A DNA stretch of 64,000 bases from Mobula hypostoma (Eukaryota): contig NC_086108.1 of NCBI RefSeq assembly GCF_963921235.1, forward strand, positions 90,832,001 through 90,896,000, read 5' to 3'. A program made the position numbers and the translations under genes. This document shows, piece by piece, positions 63,185-64,000 of this stretch. The stretch's first letter is position 1, and every line of letters starts with the position of its first letter. The notes beneath the pieces are model-generated. The model had not been told where the DNA came from. It worked only from the letters and a program-made list of their open reading frames with translations, and ran no database searches.

Positions 63185-63977
63185 CACTGGACAACAAATT
63201 TTTGAAAGTGTGGCTTTCTCAGAAATGTTTCTCATTTAGATAGACTGCTTGAAGCTGAACTCAAATGTAACTTCAGACTACATGTATCACATAGGAATTG
63301 GAGAAACAAGAGATTAAATTTTATTGAATATAATGTGTTTAATTGCATAACGGTGCTGATGCTTTGCAATAGTTCAACTAAGCTAAAAATGTTTTGTTGA
63401 TAATTTTCATTTATACTCAGTGTTTAAAGCTACTCACTTAAGTGTCCAACAATGATCAGCCAGCATTGATGGATTCCAGTTGCCCAGACACCGTTTCTCT
63501 ATGATCACCATGTCCTGATGAAACCTTGCACCATGCTCATTACTGACAATGCCAAGATTTGCAGGGAAGAAGTCTAAATGGGAATACAGAAAATGAATCT
63601 TTTGTGAGATGTTGCACTTCATGGTTTTGTATGCTTGAAATATGTTGCCAGCCAGCTGCACGTAGTTTGGTGCTCTACAGTTGCCAAGAAAATTTACAAC
63701 AACATCCTTGAATGCCTTTCATGCGATTTTCTCCGTTCTAGAAGTTCTTCGAACTGCCTGTCATCAACTGCCTGTCTGATTTGTGGACCAATAAAAAATG
63801 CCTTCCTTAATCTTGGCATCAGTTCTTTGGACTTAAATAATGAATTGAAATTTTTAAAAAATAGATGATTTAACATGCCTGACAGGGAAATTTCACGGTG
63901 ATTTTCATGATCACCAGCCCCAGATCCATAAGATACACTCTAAGGTACTCAAGAAGCAAAATCTTTGTTGTCCAGTG
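63185..63977 (-). mobile_element. Chapaev3-like (CMC) DNA transposon deletion derivative
   Basis: 14-bp TIR cactggacaacaaa; TAA TSD at 63182-84 and 63978-80; transposase C-terminus KIHFLYSHLDFFPANLG.VSNEHGARFHQD...WNPSMLADHCW. Confidence 0.82.
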
Positions 63978-64000
63978 TAAAAAGATGGAAACATAAGCTG

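Overview
Repeat-dominated vertebrate genomic DNA (intronic or intergenic). The repeat repertoire (CR1-type LINEs, HE1/V-SINE-like SINEs, Rex1/Babar, Penelope-like elements) points to a cartilaginous fish, probably a ray; this is an inference. I recognise no host protein-coding gene: every long ORF is a decayed transposon fragment, an antisense shadow of one, or a chance fusion at a nested insertion. Elements seen: CR1 LINEs (one near full length), Rex1/Babar, RTE, two R4/Dong-type restriction-endonuclease retroelements, about 14 Penelope-derived pieces carrying minimal hammerhead-ribozyme cores, solo LTRs, Tc1-like and hAT-like MITEs, a Harbinger derivative and a Chapaev3-like derivative. The most notable structures are a perfect 94-bp-arm SINE fold-back, a palindromic hammerhead-bearing insertion with a TSD, two local templated insertions, a possible CR1 3' transduction, TSD-supported nested insertion stacks, and a few unique islands that may be enhancers or a first exon. 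I found no convincing new protein-based system. Family names come from motif recognition, not database searches, and boundaries without a stated TSD or TIR are approximate.
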